Below, one piece after another: positions 30,360 to 42,925 of a stretch of DNA of 64,000 nt (within the stretch, counting starts at the first letter, position 1; each line of letters starts with the position of its first letter). The DNA is from Stegostoma tigrinum (lineage: Eukaryota): positions 26,350,888 through 26,414,887 of the forward strand of contig NC_081391.1 of assembly GCF_030684315.1 (NCBI RefSeq), read 5' to 3'. Position numbers and translations under genes: made by a program. A model generated the notes under the pieces. It did no database searches, was not told the DNA's origin, and worked only from the letters and a program-made list of their open reading frames with translations.

Positions 30360-31154
30360 CAGGTCGGCGATACCGCAGCCCTCCGCCCTTTCCATCCCTC
30401 TGACTCTCCTCTCCGCAAAGCCTTCATCTCTCTCTCATCCCCACTCTCTTCTGTCCTTCTCTCTCCCAATCCCCTTCTCTCTTCCCTCTCGAAATACATC
30501 TCTCTTCCACTCACACACTCCCCCTCCTCTCTTTCTATCTCTCTCCTTCCCTCACTACCTCCCTGCCCCTATCTCTCTCTCTTGACCTTGGTCTTTTTTC
30601 CCCTTTCATTACTTTCCTTTCTCTCTCCCTATCCTTCTCTCCCTCTCTTCACCATCTCTCCTTCGCCATCTCCCTCTCACTATTTCACACTATCTCTCCC
30701 TCCCTGTCACTATCTCTCTCTCCCTCTCTCCCCTCTCACTATCTCTCCCTCTCTCTCACTCTACCTCACTCTCTCTCACCCTCACTCTCTTTCCCTCTAT
30801 CTCTCCCTCTCAGTATCTCTCCCTCCCTCTCTCACTATCTCTCCCTCCCCCTCACTCTCACTCTCTTTCCCTCTATCTCTCCCTCTCAGTATCTGTCGCT
30901 CCCTCTCTCTCCATCTCACTAACTCTCGCCCTCTCACTATCTCTCCCTCTCACTTTCCCTCACTCTCTCTCTCTCACTTTCTTTCCCTCTATCTCTCCAT
31001 CTCACTATCTGTTCCCTCTCACTATCCCTCTCTCTCACTCCTCTCCTCCGCCCGCTCCCAGTACCTGATGTTCCGATGCGGGGAGGGTTTTCAGCGCCAC
31101 CATGAAGTCGTGACTGATCCTGCCGGCTCCGCAGATTCCCCACCGAGTGGCCAT
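21702..31154 (-). CDS. DHDH: Trans-1,2-dihydrobenzene-1,2-diol dehydrogenase (Gfo/Idh/MocA family); exons 31065-31154, 30214-30325, 29590-29753, 23913-24165, 23668-23792, 23061-23211, 21702-21811; 334 aa
   Basis: [17 protein letters not shown]..., [65 protein letters not shown]. Exon sizes 90/112/164/253/125/151/110 sum to 1005 nt in frame. Intron 4 has a GC donor; the exon 6 acceptor is AAG. Confidence 0.93.
21830..22796 (+). mobile_element. 5'-truncated Penelope-like element in DHDH intron 6
   Basis: GIY-YIG region and terminus with hammerhead core at 22694-22721; TSD TTAAAATAGCA at 21830-21840 and 22786-22796. Confidence 0.88.
24307..26150. mobile_element. Older Penelope-like element, inverted arms with RT/GIY-YIG remnant
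   Basis: Plus ORF 24908-25765 (DIQSLYT...GVAMGTRMG) frameshifted; minus arm 24321-24925. TSD ACTGTTAYAYGTAA at 24307-24320 and 26137-26150 (2 mismatches). Confidence 0.85.
26650..27800 (+). mobile_element. Highly degraded CR1-like LINE ORF2 remnant
   Basis: Recognisable CR1 RT nucleotide motifs (TTCAAGAAAGGAGGGAGAG, TTGGATGTCCAAAGGCATT, TGTTTGCTGA), no intact ORF. Confidence 0.6.
27575..27754. mobile_element. Tc1/mariner (pogo/Tigger-like) MITE nested in the CR1 remnant
   Basis: 23-bp TIRs CAAGTAGTTCTGCTATAAGGCAT / ATGCGTTGTAGGAGAACTACCTG (4 mismatches); TA on the left flank, CA on the right. Confidence 0.7.
28040..29120. mobile_element. Nested PLEs: a young minus-strand copy (28300-28856) inside an older inverted PLE terminus
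   Basis: Inner copy flanked by TSD CCTTAACCTGTC (28288-28299, 28857-28868); the outer element has inverted termini. Confidence 0.8.
29298..29442. repeat. Two copies of the 70-bp satellite unit
   Basis: Same unit as 46746-47280. Confidence 0.8.
30400..31050. repeat. (CT)-rich low-complexity microsatellite in DHDH intron 1
   Basis: Degenerate CTCTCT/CTCACT/CTATCT tract. Confidence 0.9.
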
Positions 31155-31572
31155 CTCTCTCCCTGTCTCCCTGTCCCTGTCTCCCTGTCCCTGTCTCTGT
31201 CTCTCTGACCCTGTCCCTGTCCCGGTCTCTCTGTCCCTGTCCCTCTGTCCCAGTCTCCCTGTCCCGGTCTCCCTGTCCCTGTCCCTCTGTCCCAGTCTCC
31301 CTGTCCCGGTCTCCCTGTCCCGGTCTCCCTGTCCCGGTCTCTGTCTCTCTGTCCCTGTCCCTGTCCCGGTCCCTCTGTTCCGGTCTCCCTGTCCCTGTCC
31401 CGGTCTCTCTGTCCCTGTCCCTCTGTCCCAGTCTCCCTGTCCCGGTCTCCCTGTCCCTGTCCCTCTGTCCCAGTCTCCCTGTCCCGGTCTCCCTGTCCCG
31501 GTCTCTGTCTCTCTGTCCCTGTCCCTGTCCCGGTCCCTCTGTCCCGGTCTCCCTGTCCCTGTCCCGGTCTCT
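31155..31572. repeat. Hexamer array (CCCTGT/CCCGGT/CTCTGT)n directly upstream of the DHDH ATG
   Basis: 6-bp periodicity directly visible; reads (GGGACA)n on the DHDH strand. Confidence 0.9.
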
Positions 31573-31627
31573 GAACCCCGGGTCTGGGTGTGGGTCTGTG
31601 TGTGGAGTTGGAGCGGTCCTGCTCAGG

Positions 31628-31660
31628 TTTTTATGGAGACTGGGGCTCTCTGGGCCAATC
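31628..31660 (-). promoter_or_regulatory. Candidate DHDH core promoter (CATAAAAA TATA-like box and CCAAT)
   Basis: TTTTTATG at about 31628-31635 and CCAAT at about 31655; no transcript evidence. Confidence 0.4.
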
Positions 31661-31784
31661 GCTGAAAACGCTGCTGTTTGCAAAATCCTGCATTAATAAC
31701 TGACCGGGGTTTAAACCCGGATCACTCCGGCTCACACCAGCTCACCGGCTCCGAACTCGGCAACATTCTCAAATTTCCGCAAAC

Positions 31785-34210
31785 ACCCCCTCACTCCCAC
31801 ACCTTTTAATATCCCACCCAGTCTAATCCCACTCTCCCCCTCACTCCCACACCTTTTAATATCCCACCCAGTCTAATCCCACTCTTTCCTTCGCTCCCCG
31901 CTCCCTGTAATAACCCACTCAGTCTAATCCCACTCTCCCCCTCACTCCCTTTAATATCCCACCCAGTCTAATCCCACTCTACCCCTCACTCCACTCTCCC
32001 TTCAATATCCCACCATGTCTAATCCCACTCTCCCCCTCATTCCCTGCTCCCTTTAATATCCCACCCAGTCTAATCCCATTCTCCCCCTCACTCCCAAACC
32101 CTTTAATATCCCACCCAGCCGAATCCCACTCTCCCCCTCACTCCCTGCTCCCTTTAATGTCCCACCCAGTCTAATCCCACTCTCCCTCCTCACTCCCCAC
32201 TCCCTTTAATATCCCACCCAGTCTAATCCCACTCTCCCCTGCATTCCCTGCTCCCTTTACTATCCCACCCAGTCTAATCTCACTCACTCCCACACCATTT
32301 AATACCCGACCCAGTTTAATTCCACTCTACTCCTCACTCTGCGCTCCCTTTAATATCGCAGCCAGTCTAATTCCACTCTCCCCCTCACTCCCCAATCGCT
32401 GTAATACCCCACCGAGTCTAATCCCACTCTACCCCTCACCCACTCTCCCTTTAATATCCCACCCAGTCTAATACCACTCTCCCCCTCACTCCCTTTAATA
32501 TCCCACCCAGTCTAATCCCACTCTACCCCTCACTCCCTGCTCCCTTTAATATCCCACCCAGTCTAATCCCACTCTCCCCCTCACTCCCTTTAATATCCCA
32601 CCCAGTCTAATCCCACTCTCCCCCTCACTCCCTGCTCCCTTTAATGTCCCACCCAGTCTAATCCCACTCTCCCTCCTCACTCCCCACTCCCTTTAATACC
32701 CCACCCAGTCAAATCCCACTCTCCCCTTCATTCCCCGCTCCCTTTAATATCCCGCCCAGTCTAATCCCGCACTCCCCGCTCCCTTTAATATCCCACCCAG
32801 TCTAATCTCACTCACTCCCACACCCTTTAATGCCCCATCCAGTCTAATTCCCCTCTACCCTTCACTCCGCGCTCCCTTTAATATTGCACCCAGTCTAATC
32901 CCACTCTCCCCCTCACTCCCCAATCATTGTAATACCCCACCCAGTCTAATCCCACTCCCCCCCTCACTCCCACACCCTTTAATATCCCACCCAGTCTAAT
33001 CCCACTCTCCCCCTCGCTCCCACACCTTTTAATATCCCACCCAGTCTAATCCCACTCTCCCCTTCACTCCCCACTCCCTTTAATATCCCACCCAGTCTAA
33101 TCCCACTCTCCCCCTCACTCCCTTTAATATCCCACCCAGTCTTAACCCACTCTCCCCCTCACTCCCCACTCGCTGTAATACCCCACCCAGTCTAATCCCA
33201 CTCTACCCCTCACTCCCTGCTCCCCTTAATATCCCACCCAGTCTAATTCCACTCTACCCCTCAATCCGCGCTCCCTTTAATATCACACCCAGTCTAATCC
33301 CACTCTCCCCCTCACTCCCCAATCGCTGTAATACCCCACCCAATCTAATCCCACTCTACCCCTCACTCCGCTCTCCCTTTAATATCCCACCCATTCTAAT
33401 CCCACTCTCCCCCTCACTCCCCGCTCCCTTTAATATCCCACCCAGTCTAATCCCACTCTCCCTCCTCACTCCCCACTCCTGTTAATACCCCACCCAGTCT
33501 AATCCCACTCTCCCCTTCATTCCCCACTCCCTTTACTACCTCACCCAATCCAATCCCTCACTCCCCCTCACTCCCTGCTCCCTTTAGTATCCCACCCAGT
33601 CTAATCGCACTCTCCCCCCTCACTCCCCGCTCCCTTTAATATCCCACCCAGTCGAATCCCACTCTCCCCCCTCACTCCCCACTCCCTTTAATACCCCACC
33701 CAGTCGAATCCCACTCTCCCCTTCACTCCCCGCTCCCTTTAATATCCCACCCAGTCAAATCCCACTCTCTCCCTCACTCCCTGCTCCCTTTAATGTCCCA
33801 CACAGTCTAATCCCACTCTCTCCCTCACTCCCACAGCCTTCAATACCCCACCCAGTCTAATCACACTCTCCCCCCTCACCCCTCACTCCCTTTAATATCC
33901 CACCTAGACTATTCCCACTCTCCCCTTCACTCCCAGCTCCCTTTAATATCCCACCCAGTCTCATCCCATTCGCTCCCTCTCTCCCCGCACCCTCTAATAC
34001 CCCACCCAGTCTAATCCCACTCTAGCCCCTCACTGCCCGCTCGCTGTAATACCCCACCCAGTCTAATCCCACTGTCCCCCTCATCCCCCACTCCCTCTAA
34101 TACCCCATCCAGTCTAATCCCACTCTCCCCTTCACTCCCACTCCCTTTAATAGCCCGCCCAGTCTAATCCCACTCTCCCCGTCACTCCCCGTTCCCTTTA
34201 ATACCCCGCC
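31785..34210. repeat. ~50-bp satellite (CCCTTTAATATCCCACCCAGTCTAATCCCACTCTCCCCCTCACT...), ~50 copies
   Basis: Tandem unit directly visible, with shorter deletion variants. Confidence 0.95.
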
Positions 34211-34366
34211 CTGTCTGACTCCTTTGACCCTATTCATCACGTCTGTTTAAATGGGTCTCTCCGTTGCCCGAACTCCTGACTCTGTTTCTAATCTGATGGC
34301 ATTGTTCCCTGGGATTGTTTTGTTTGATTTTTGTTCTAATTCATCAGGACTGCTCAGTTTGAACCA

Positions 34367-36700
34367 ACAATCACTGAAATCTAAGACAATAAAATGTGAG
34401 GCTGGATGAACACAGCATGCCCAGCAGCATCTCAGGAGCACAAAAGCTGACGTTTCGGGCCTAGTCCCTTCATCAGAGGGGGGGATGGGGTGTGGGTTCT
34501 GGAATAAATAGGGAGAGAGGGGGAGGCGGACCGAAGATGGAGAGAAAAGAAGATAGGTAGTGGGAGGAATCGAAAGAGAAGTGTTTGAGGGTGAGGATGA
34601 GTTCGGCTAGGCGGATGAGGGTGTCGGTGGAGGGGGACTGGTCGGGCGTGCGGGACAGGAAGAAGCGGAGGGCCTTGAGGCCATCTGCATGCGGAATACA
34701 GGTGTATAGGGACTGGACGTCCATGGTGAAAATGAGGTGTTGGGGGCCGGGGAATTGGAAGTCCTGGAGGAGGTGGAGGGTGTGGGTGGTGTCACGGACG
34801 TAGGTGGGGAGTTCCTGAACCAAAGGGTAGAAAATGGACTCCAGATAGCTGGAGGTGAGTTCTGTGGGGCAGGAGCAGGCTGAGGCGATGGGTCGACCAG
34901 GGCAGGCAGGTTTGTGGACTTTGGGAAGGAGATTTCTATCTCCACCGACACCCTCATCTGCCTAGCTGAAGTCGTCCTCACCCTCAACCACTTCTCTTTC
35001 GATTCCTCCCACTTCCTACAGACTAAGGGGGTGGCCATGAGCACGCGCATGGGCCCCAGCTATGCCTGCCTCTTTGTAGGTTACGTGGAACAGTCCCTCT
35101 TCCGCACCTACACAGGCCCCAAACCCCACCTCTTCCTCCGTTACATTGATGACTGTATCGGCGCCGCCTCTTGCTCCCCAGAGGAGCTCGAACAGTTCAT
35201 CCACTTCACCAACACGTTCCACCCCAACCTTCAGTTCACCTGGGCCATCTCCAGCACATCCCTCACCTTCCTGGATCTCTCAGTCTCCATCTCAGGCAAG
35301 CAGCTTGTAACTGATGTTCATTTCAAGCCCACTGACTCCCACAGCTACCTAGAATACACCTCCTCCCACCCACCCTCCTGCAAAAATTCCATCCCCTATT
35401 CCCAGTTCCTCCGCCTCCGCCGCATCTGCTCCCACGATGAGGCATTCCACTCCCGCACATCCCAGATGTCCAAGTTCTTCAAGGACCGCAACTTTCCCCC
35501 CACAGTGGTCGAGAACGCCCTTGACCGCGTCTCCTGCATTTCCTGCAACAAATCCCTCACACCCCGCCCCTGCCACAACCGCCCAAAGAGGATCCCCCTC
35601 GTTCTCTACCTCACCAACCTCCGGATACAACGCATCATCCTCCAACACTTCCGCCATCTACAATCCGACCCCACTACCCAAGACATTTTTCCATCCCCAC
35701 CCCTGTCTGCTTTCCGGAGAGACCACTCTCTCCGTGACTCCCTTGTTCGCTCCACACTGCCCTCCAACCCCACCACACCCGGCACCTTCCCCTGCAACCG
35801 CAGGAAATGCTACACTTGCCCCCACACCTCCTCCCTCACCCCTATCCCAGGCCCCAAGATGACTATCCACATTAAGCAGAGGTTCACCTGCACATCTGCC
35901 AATGTGGTATACTGCATCCACTGTACCCGGTGTGGCTTCCACTACATTGGGGAAACCAAGCGGAGGCTTGGGGATCGCTTTGCAGAACACCTCCGCTCGG
36001 TTCGCAATAAACAACTGCACCTCCCAGTCGCAAACCATTTCCACTCCCCCTCCCATTCTTTAGATGACATGTCTATCATGGGCCTCCTGCAGTGCCACAA
36101 TGATGCCACCCGAAGGTTGCAGGAACAGCAACTCATATTCCGCTTGGGAACCCTGCAGCCCAATGGTATCAATGTGGACTTCACCAGCTTCAAAATCTCC
36201 CCTTCCCCCACCGCATCCCAAAACCAGCCCAGTTCGTCCCCTCCCCCCACTGCACCACACAACCAGCCCAGCTCTTCCCCTCCACCCACTGCATCCCAAA
36301 ACCAGTCCAACCTGTCTCTGCCTCCCTAACCTGTTCTTCCTCTCACCCATCCCTTCCTCCCACCCCAAGCCGCACCCCCATCTCCTACCTACTAACCTCA
36401 TCCCACCTCCTTGACCTGTCCGTCTTCCCTGGACTGACCTATCCCCTCCCTACCTCCCCACCTATACTCTCCTCTCCACCTATCTTCTTTTCTCTCCATC
36501 TTCGGTCCGCCTCCCCATCTCTCCCTATTTATTCCAGAACCCTCACCCTATCCCCCTCTCTGATGAGGGCCCGAAACATCAGCTTTTGTGCTCCTGAGAT
36601 GCTGCTTGGCCTGCTGTGTTCATCCAGCCTCACATTTTATTATCTTGGATTCTCCAGTATCTGCAGTTCCCATTATCACTGATACAATCACTGAAATCTA
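34367..36700 (+). mobile_element. Penelope-like (Neptune-type) retroelement: RT C-half + Cys linker + GIY-YIG endonuclease (ORF 34914-36329), with inverted 5' arm
   Basis: [58 protein letters not shown]...[17 protein letters not shown]. Inverted arm 34384-34935 carries DVQSLYT. TSD ACAATCACTGAAATCTA at 34367-34383 and 36684-36700. Confidence 0.93.
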
Positions 36701-37161
36701 GTTTGTTTATTCTCTTCTGGAATTGAAACTCTCTCGTGCCTTTGTCTCAAAGTTTCCTTTTCAGAAACTCAAGTGCTCAATGCAAAACCTGACGTCCTGG
36801 AAGTGACAGGCACACTCTGAATCTCTGTGACTGGAACAGACCTGCCTTAAATGCTGAATCCTCAACCAGATTCCCTGAATGCTTTGGTTTCTGCCCAGCA
36901 CAAACTCCACATCTCCAGCTATTTGAACATTAGTTTCTCTTTCTAATATTGAATCCGAAATATTTGTGGAACTTTGAGTTAATCAAGTTAATTCATTCAC
37001 CTTTAACTGCTTTCAGCAATTCTGTTCCACAAACCTGTTAATCTGTGGGCAAAGAATTCATGATCTTGAAACTCAGTTTGAAGGTCAGTCACACTGTGCC
37101 CATGTTGGCTCATTTTCACCTGTTTACATTTGGAGAAAAGGTGACATTTTCAGAACCTGAG

Positions 37162-38366
37162 AATTGTGAAAGGTAGATAATAAAATGTGAGGCTGGATGA
37201 ACACAGCAGGCCCAGCAGCATCTTAGCAGCACAAAAGCTGACGTTTCGGGCCTAGACCCTTCATCAGAGAGGGGGATGGAGTGAGGGTTCTGCAATAAAT
37301 CGGGAGAGAGGGGGAGGCGGACCGAAGATGGAGAGAAAAGAAGATAGGTGGAGAGGAGAGTATAGGTGGGGAGGTAGGGAGGGGATAGGTCAGTCCAGGG
37401 TGGACAGACAGGTCAAGGAGTTAGAATGAGGTTAGTAGGTAGGAGATGGAGGTGCGGCTTGGGGTGGGAGGAAGGGATGGGTGAGAGGAAGAACAGGTTA
37501 GGGAGGCAGAGACAGGTTGGACTGGTTTTGGGATGCAGTGGGTGGAGGGGAAGAGCTGGGCTGGTTGTGTGATGCAGTGGGGGGAGGGGACGAACTGGGC
37601 TGGTTTTGGGATGCTGTGGGGGAAGGGGAGATTTTGAAGCTGCAAGCCTCCGCTCGGTTCGCAACAAACAACTGCACCTCCCAGTCACGAACCATTTCCA
37701 CTCCCCCTCCCATTCCTCAGATGACATGTCCATCATGGGCCTCCTGCAGTGCCACAATGATGCCACCCGAAGGTTGCAGGAACAGCAACTCATATTCCGC
37801 CTGGGAACCCTGCAGCCTAATGGTATCAATGTGGACTTCACCAGTTTCAAAATCTCCCCTTCCCCCACCGCATCCCAAAACCAGCCCAGTTCGTCCCCTC
37901 CCCCCACTGCACCACACAACCAGCCCAGCTCTTCCCCTCCCCCCACTGCATCCCAAAATCAGCCCAGCCTGTCTCTGCCTCCCTAACCTGTTCTTCCTCT
38001 CACCCATCCCTTCCTCCCACCTCAAGCCGCACCTCCATTTCCTACTTACTAACCTCATCCCACCTCCTTGACCTGTCCGTCTTCCCTGGACTGACCTATC
38101 CCCTCCCTACCTTCCCCACCAATACTCTCCTCTCCACCTATCTTCTCTTCTGTCCATCTTCGGTCCGCCTCTCCCTCTCTCCCTATTTATTCCAGTTCCC
38201 TCCCCCCATCCCCCTCTCTGATGAAGGGTCTAGGCCTGAAATGTCAGCTTTTGTACTCCTGAGATGCTGCTTGGCCTGTTGTGTTCATCCAGCTCCACAC
38301 TTTATTATCTTGGATTCTCCAGCATTTGCAGTCCCATTATCTCTGATACAATTGTGAAAGGTAGAT
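37162..38366. mobile_element. Penelope-like palindromic insertion
   Basis: Inverted arms meet near 37645; TSD AATTGTGAAAGGTAGAT at 37162-37178 and 38350-38366. Confidence 0.9.
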
Positions 38367-38844
38367 TCATTACCAGACACACGTGATCTAGGAAGTGAAA
38401 GGGGATTCTAGTCTAGGATCAGCTCAGCCCAGTAACAGTCTTTAGGTTGTGTTAAGTTAATGGGAGCCTTTTGTTTAAAGGGTATAGTCAATCAGTGAAA
38501 GCTTCAGAATGATTCTGAAATCTCTTGGCTCCTATGTTGGCCATCCAGCATCTTGAATGTTCTTATTTTGGAAAGCAACTTTTTAACTAATGTCAAAATC
38601 CATGTCTTCACAAATGAGGAGCAGGCCTTTCAGCCCTTTAAGCACAGTCCACTGTTCAATATGATTATGGTGGATCCTCTATCTCAATGTCACATAGCCC
38701 TTGAACCCTACAATACCTAGAAATGTATCAACCTCTTGAATGGTCTCAGTGAGTCAGCCTCCAGCTTTCCATGGTTTCACATTCCACAGTTTGACTCCCC
38801 TCTGAATGAAGAAACGTTTCCTCATCTCAGTCCTAATGGTTTTG

Positions 38845-40015
38845 ATAACTTCGGTCAATGGGTGGAGGAATGGCAGATGGGTTTAATTTAGATAATTGCA
38901 ACATATTGCATTTTGGTCAAAGAAACAAGGACAGGACTTACACAAAAATAGGGCCTTGGGTAGTGTTGTAGAACAGAGACCTAGGCGTTCAGGTACATAA
39001 GTCTTTGAAGTTTAAATCACATAGTTAGAGTGACTAAGAAGGTGTTTAGCATGCTTACCTTCAGGCATTTGAGTATAGGAGTTGGGGCATCATGTTGAGG
39101 TTGTGTAGGGTGTTGGCAAAGTTTCTTCTGGAGCACTGAGTCCAGTTCTGTTTGTAGCGAAATAATATCCTTCCTACAACAGGGCAGAGGTTTCAGAAGA
39201 GATTTACTGGGATATTACCACCACTAGAGGGCTTGATTTATATGGAGAGGCTGGGATGTTTTTCATTGGAGTGCAGAAGGTTGAGAGGTGACCTTATGGA
39301 CGTTTATACAATAATGAGGATACAGGTAAAGTGAGTGGCAGGTGCTTTTTTTCTCTAGAGTGGGGGATTTCAAGACTAGGGGATCATACTTTTAAGGTGA
39401 GAGGAGAAATATTTAAAAATGACATGAGGGGCAATTTTTGTTTCACACAGAGAGCAGTTCGTGTGGAATGAACCTCCAGAGGAAGTGGTGGATGCAGGTA
39501 CAGTTACAACATTGAAAAGACATTTGGATAAGGACATGAATAAGTACATGAATAAGAGATATTTAGGGGAGATATGGGGGAATAAGGACATGAATAAGAG
39601 ATATTTAGGGGAGATATGGGGGAATAAAGACATGAATAAGAGATATTTAGGGGAGATATGGGGGAATAAGGACATGAATAAGAGATATTTAGGGGAGATA
39701 TGGGGGAATAAAGACATGAATAAGAGATATTTAGGGGAGATATGGGGGAATAAGGACATGAATAAGAGATATTTAGGGGAGATATGGGGGAATAAAGACA
39801 TGAATAAGAGATATTTAGGGGAGATATGGGGGAATAAGGACATGAATAAGAGATATTTAGGGGAGATATGGGGGAATAAGGACATGAATAAGAGATATTT
39901 AGGGGAGATATGGGGGAAGTGCAGGCAGGTGGGACAAAATACATTTGGAATTATGATCAGCGTGGACTGGTTTGATCAAAGTGCCTGTCTCCATGCTGTA
40001 TGACTCTATGACTCT
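38845..40015 (+). mobile_element. CR1-like LINE 3' fragment with an internal minisatellite
   Basis: CR1 C-terminal motifs (WNEPPEEVVDAGTVTTLKRHLDK) and a TGACTCTATGACTCT tail. Confidence 0.85.
39527..39918. repeat. 42-bp minisatellite, ~9 copies
   Basis: Unit GACATGAATAAGAGATATTTAGGGGAGATATGGGGGAATAAR. Confidence 0.95.
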
Positions 40016-41804
40016 TTCTACCCTGTATCCTGAGACTGGGACCCATGGTTCTAGACTCTGCTTTCAGAGAAACATCCTTTAGCTCTGAGATGCAGTTGGT
40101 GTTTTGTGCAAATTTGACATTTGCGCTTAGGTGGTTGTTATCTTTACTGTTTGAGAAAGGCAGTTACTGGTGAGCCTGATCGATGAATCGGAGCAGGCTG
40201 GCTAGTTATTGTGTCTCTGCAAGATGTTTGAAAGCATTGCTGATAATTCATCCCACTGTTCTGCTGTTAACCCAGCAGTCAGCACATTCTCCCCCCTCAA
40301 GTATTTATTCAATTTCCTTGCAGCTGGTCATTACTGCTTTCTGGCAGGGATCATAGAATTGTAGGAAAAACTGATAGCAGGGAGCTCCCCTCTATGTATT
40401 TCCTCCTCAATCAACACCACGAAAAGTAGATTCACTGGTCAGTACGCTATTGGTAGTTGTGGGAACTTATTATGTGTAAAAGAGAAAAGACCTTCCAGAT
40501 TTCAGAATATTGCACATGAATCCGTTTCAGCACTAGGACAGGAGCTGTTGTCTTTGTCAGATTTCAGTACTGAAGCATCCAGGGTCATCTTGAGCAGGGC
40601 TTTGCTGATAAAGTGGCAGATCACGTTCACGTTTGTGGATGACCATTTTGATGAAAAAGAAGACCTGCCATCAGCCCAAGGACAGCAGCTTTGTGAAACA
40701 GGTTCACAACCGTGTTATCAACTGGGAACGGCAATGAATAAAGCAGTTCTAAACTCTCCACATCCCAGGAAAAAGTTTAATAAACTCTTAGACTCAGTAA
40801 AAGTAACAGTTCAAATAAGTAATGCTGAAAGAGTTTGGGTTGGGTCAGTGCTGTTGAATAGTTTGATGATTTCTTTATTATAAGGGCTTCACTGTACTCT
40901 AAATGGTTCTAATTTCCATGAGACCAAACACAGAAAGCATGAAGCAGATAGTCAGTAATGGCCAAGACTGGACCCTTTCTAACAAACTATTATGAGCATT
41001 CCAATCACATGACTGCATTCCCATCGCACCAGGTTTTCCATCAATCTGTTCTCAAGATGACAGAAAGTAAGGGATGAGCCTGGATGAACAACCCATCACA
41101 GAACCCAGGGTTACCCGTCCTGCACAGAAGGTGAAGTCCATCCCACCTTCCTTTCACTGTCAGTGGGGCTTCTCCACTTGATGTGCCCCAACAGGAAAAG
41201 AGGAAGCTGTACATTGGGTTGTGTGATTGGGCCTGACCAGTGGAACAGAGTGGCCTTACTCCTTCCTCCATGCTGTGCAGTGTGAGGTGCCCAGGGTCAC
41301 CACTGGCAGGCAGGCTGTTTACTGTTTGTGATGTGATCGAGGTGTTTCTTTCCACTATAACATCGAACACAAACCTTAACATTCACCTCTGACCCAATAG
41401 AGTGGTGGCTGTTCCATTTAAATGAAACCAAGTAATTTTTAAAAGCACCTGAGGAATTTATTAGACAGTTTCTCTGCAGAGCCTTCACTCCCACCTGCTT
41501 CGAGCCCTCATGTTATCCACTGCCATCCTTCTCCCTAGAAACCAAATATCACAGTCACTCCTTCCTACTAGATTCTGTGATTCTGACTCTTCCAATTCAT
41601 ACATCACCTCCTGTCCCCCACCCCCAAAGGCCAGTTCCCCGTTCTCCGTCACTCACTTTCTACTCCTTGCCAGTTAGCACTCCCTCTCAATCTGCTCTCA
41701 CCCCATTAATCACCTTTACCTCCCAATCACACCTTCACCACACTCCCGCTCAGTAAACCCCTCTCTCCCTGTCACTTACCCCCCTCTCCCTGTCACTTAC
41801 ACCC

Positions 41805-41945
41805 TCTCAGTTCTCAGGAAGAGTCACCGGACCTGAAATGTTAACTCTGTTTTCTCCTTCACAGATGCTGCCAGACCTGCTGAGCTTTTCCAGCAACTTT
41901 GTTTTTGTTCCTGATTTACAGCATCCGTAGTTATTTTAGTTCTCC
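41805..41945 (+). mobile_element. PLE-like terminus (second family) with degenerate hammerhead core
   Basis: Shares its tail with 12500-12560; CTCAGGAAGAGTCACCGGACCTGAAATGTTAAC. Confidence 0.6.
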
Positions 41946-42199
41946 CTATCACCTTGGATCTCATTACCTAGATGTCTAATCTGTTAATGTCCAAACCTAC
42001 ACTAACCCCAGTGATCTAAAGCAGAAAAGGTTTTCCACAGATCATCACTCCATTATCCCAAGGTACAAACTGTACTCTCCCTTGACCATCCTGGCTCCTC
42101 TGATTGGCCCCTGCACACCCAGCCTCTGTCACTATGAAGGTGAAACGAACCATGTGCACTGTGCCTCTTGTCTGGAACGATATCCTTCATCATCAAGTC

Positions 42200-42925
42200 A
42201 ACACAGCGTGGAGCTGGAGGAACACAGCATCAGAGGAGCAGGAAAGTCAATGTTTCAGGTCGGGGAGAGGGGAGGGAGCTGGGAAGGTGATAGCTGTTGT
42301 ATGTAGGGGGTAGTGGAGATCGGTCGGTGGGAAGGGAAGGGCGGATAGGTGGGAGAGAAGATGGACAGGCTGTGTCAGGCCAAGGAGGTGGAGATGTGAG
42401 GGAGGGTTGGACTGGGATGAGGCTGGGGTTGGAGAGATTTTGAAACTGGTGAATTCTATGTTCAGGCCATTGGGCTTTAGACTTCTGAGGTGGAATATGA
42501 GGTGTTGTTCTTTGAGTTTGCTTGTAGCATAATTGTGACACTGGAGGAGGCCCAGGATGAACGTGTCACCAAGGGAGTGGGAGGAGAAGTTAAAATGGTT
42601 GGCAGTCAGAAGCTGGTGTTGATTATAGCGCAGATACACCAGGAATCGGTCACCGAGTCTGCGCTTGCTCTCACTGATATACAGGAGGGCACGTCAGGAA
42701 CAATGGATACAGTCGACCAGTTTGGAGGATGTACAGGTGACCCCCTGTTAGATTTGGCAAGTTTGTCTTGGGCCTTGGGGCGAAGTGAGGGGGAGGTGTC
42801 AGGAAAGGTGTAGCAACTCCTGCTGTTGCAGGGAAAGGTGCCGGATGTGATGGGGTTGGTGGGGAGTGTGGATGAGGGAGTCAGGGGGACAGCAAGCCCT
42901 ACAGAAGGCAGATGGGGTGGGGAAG
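42200..42925 (-). mobile_element. Degraded Penelope-like fragment
   Basis: Minus ORF ANHFNFSSHSLGDTFILGLLQCHNYATSKLKEQHLIFHLRSLKPNGLN. Confidence 0.8.

Noticed and set aside
31785-34210. CRISPR-like regular repeats (also 39527-39918 and 46746-47280)
   Set aside because: No unique spacers, no cas genes, vertebrate context; ordinary tandem repeats.
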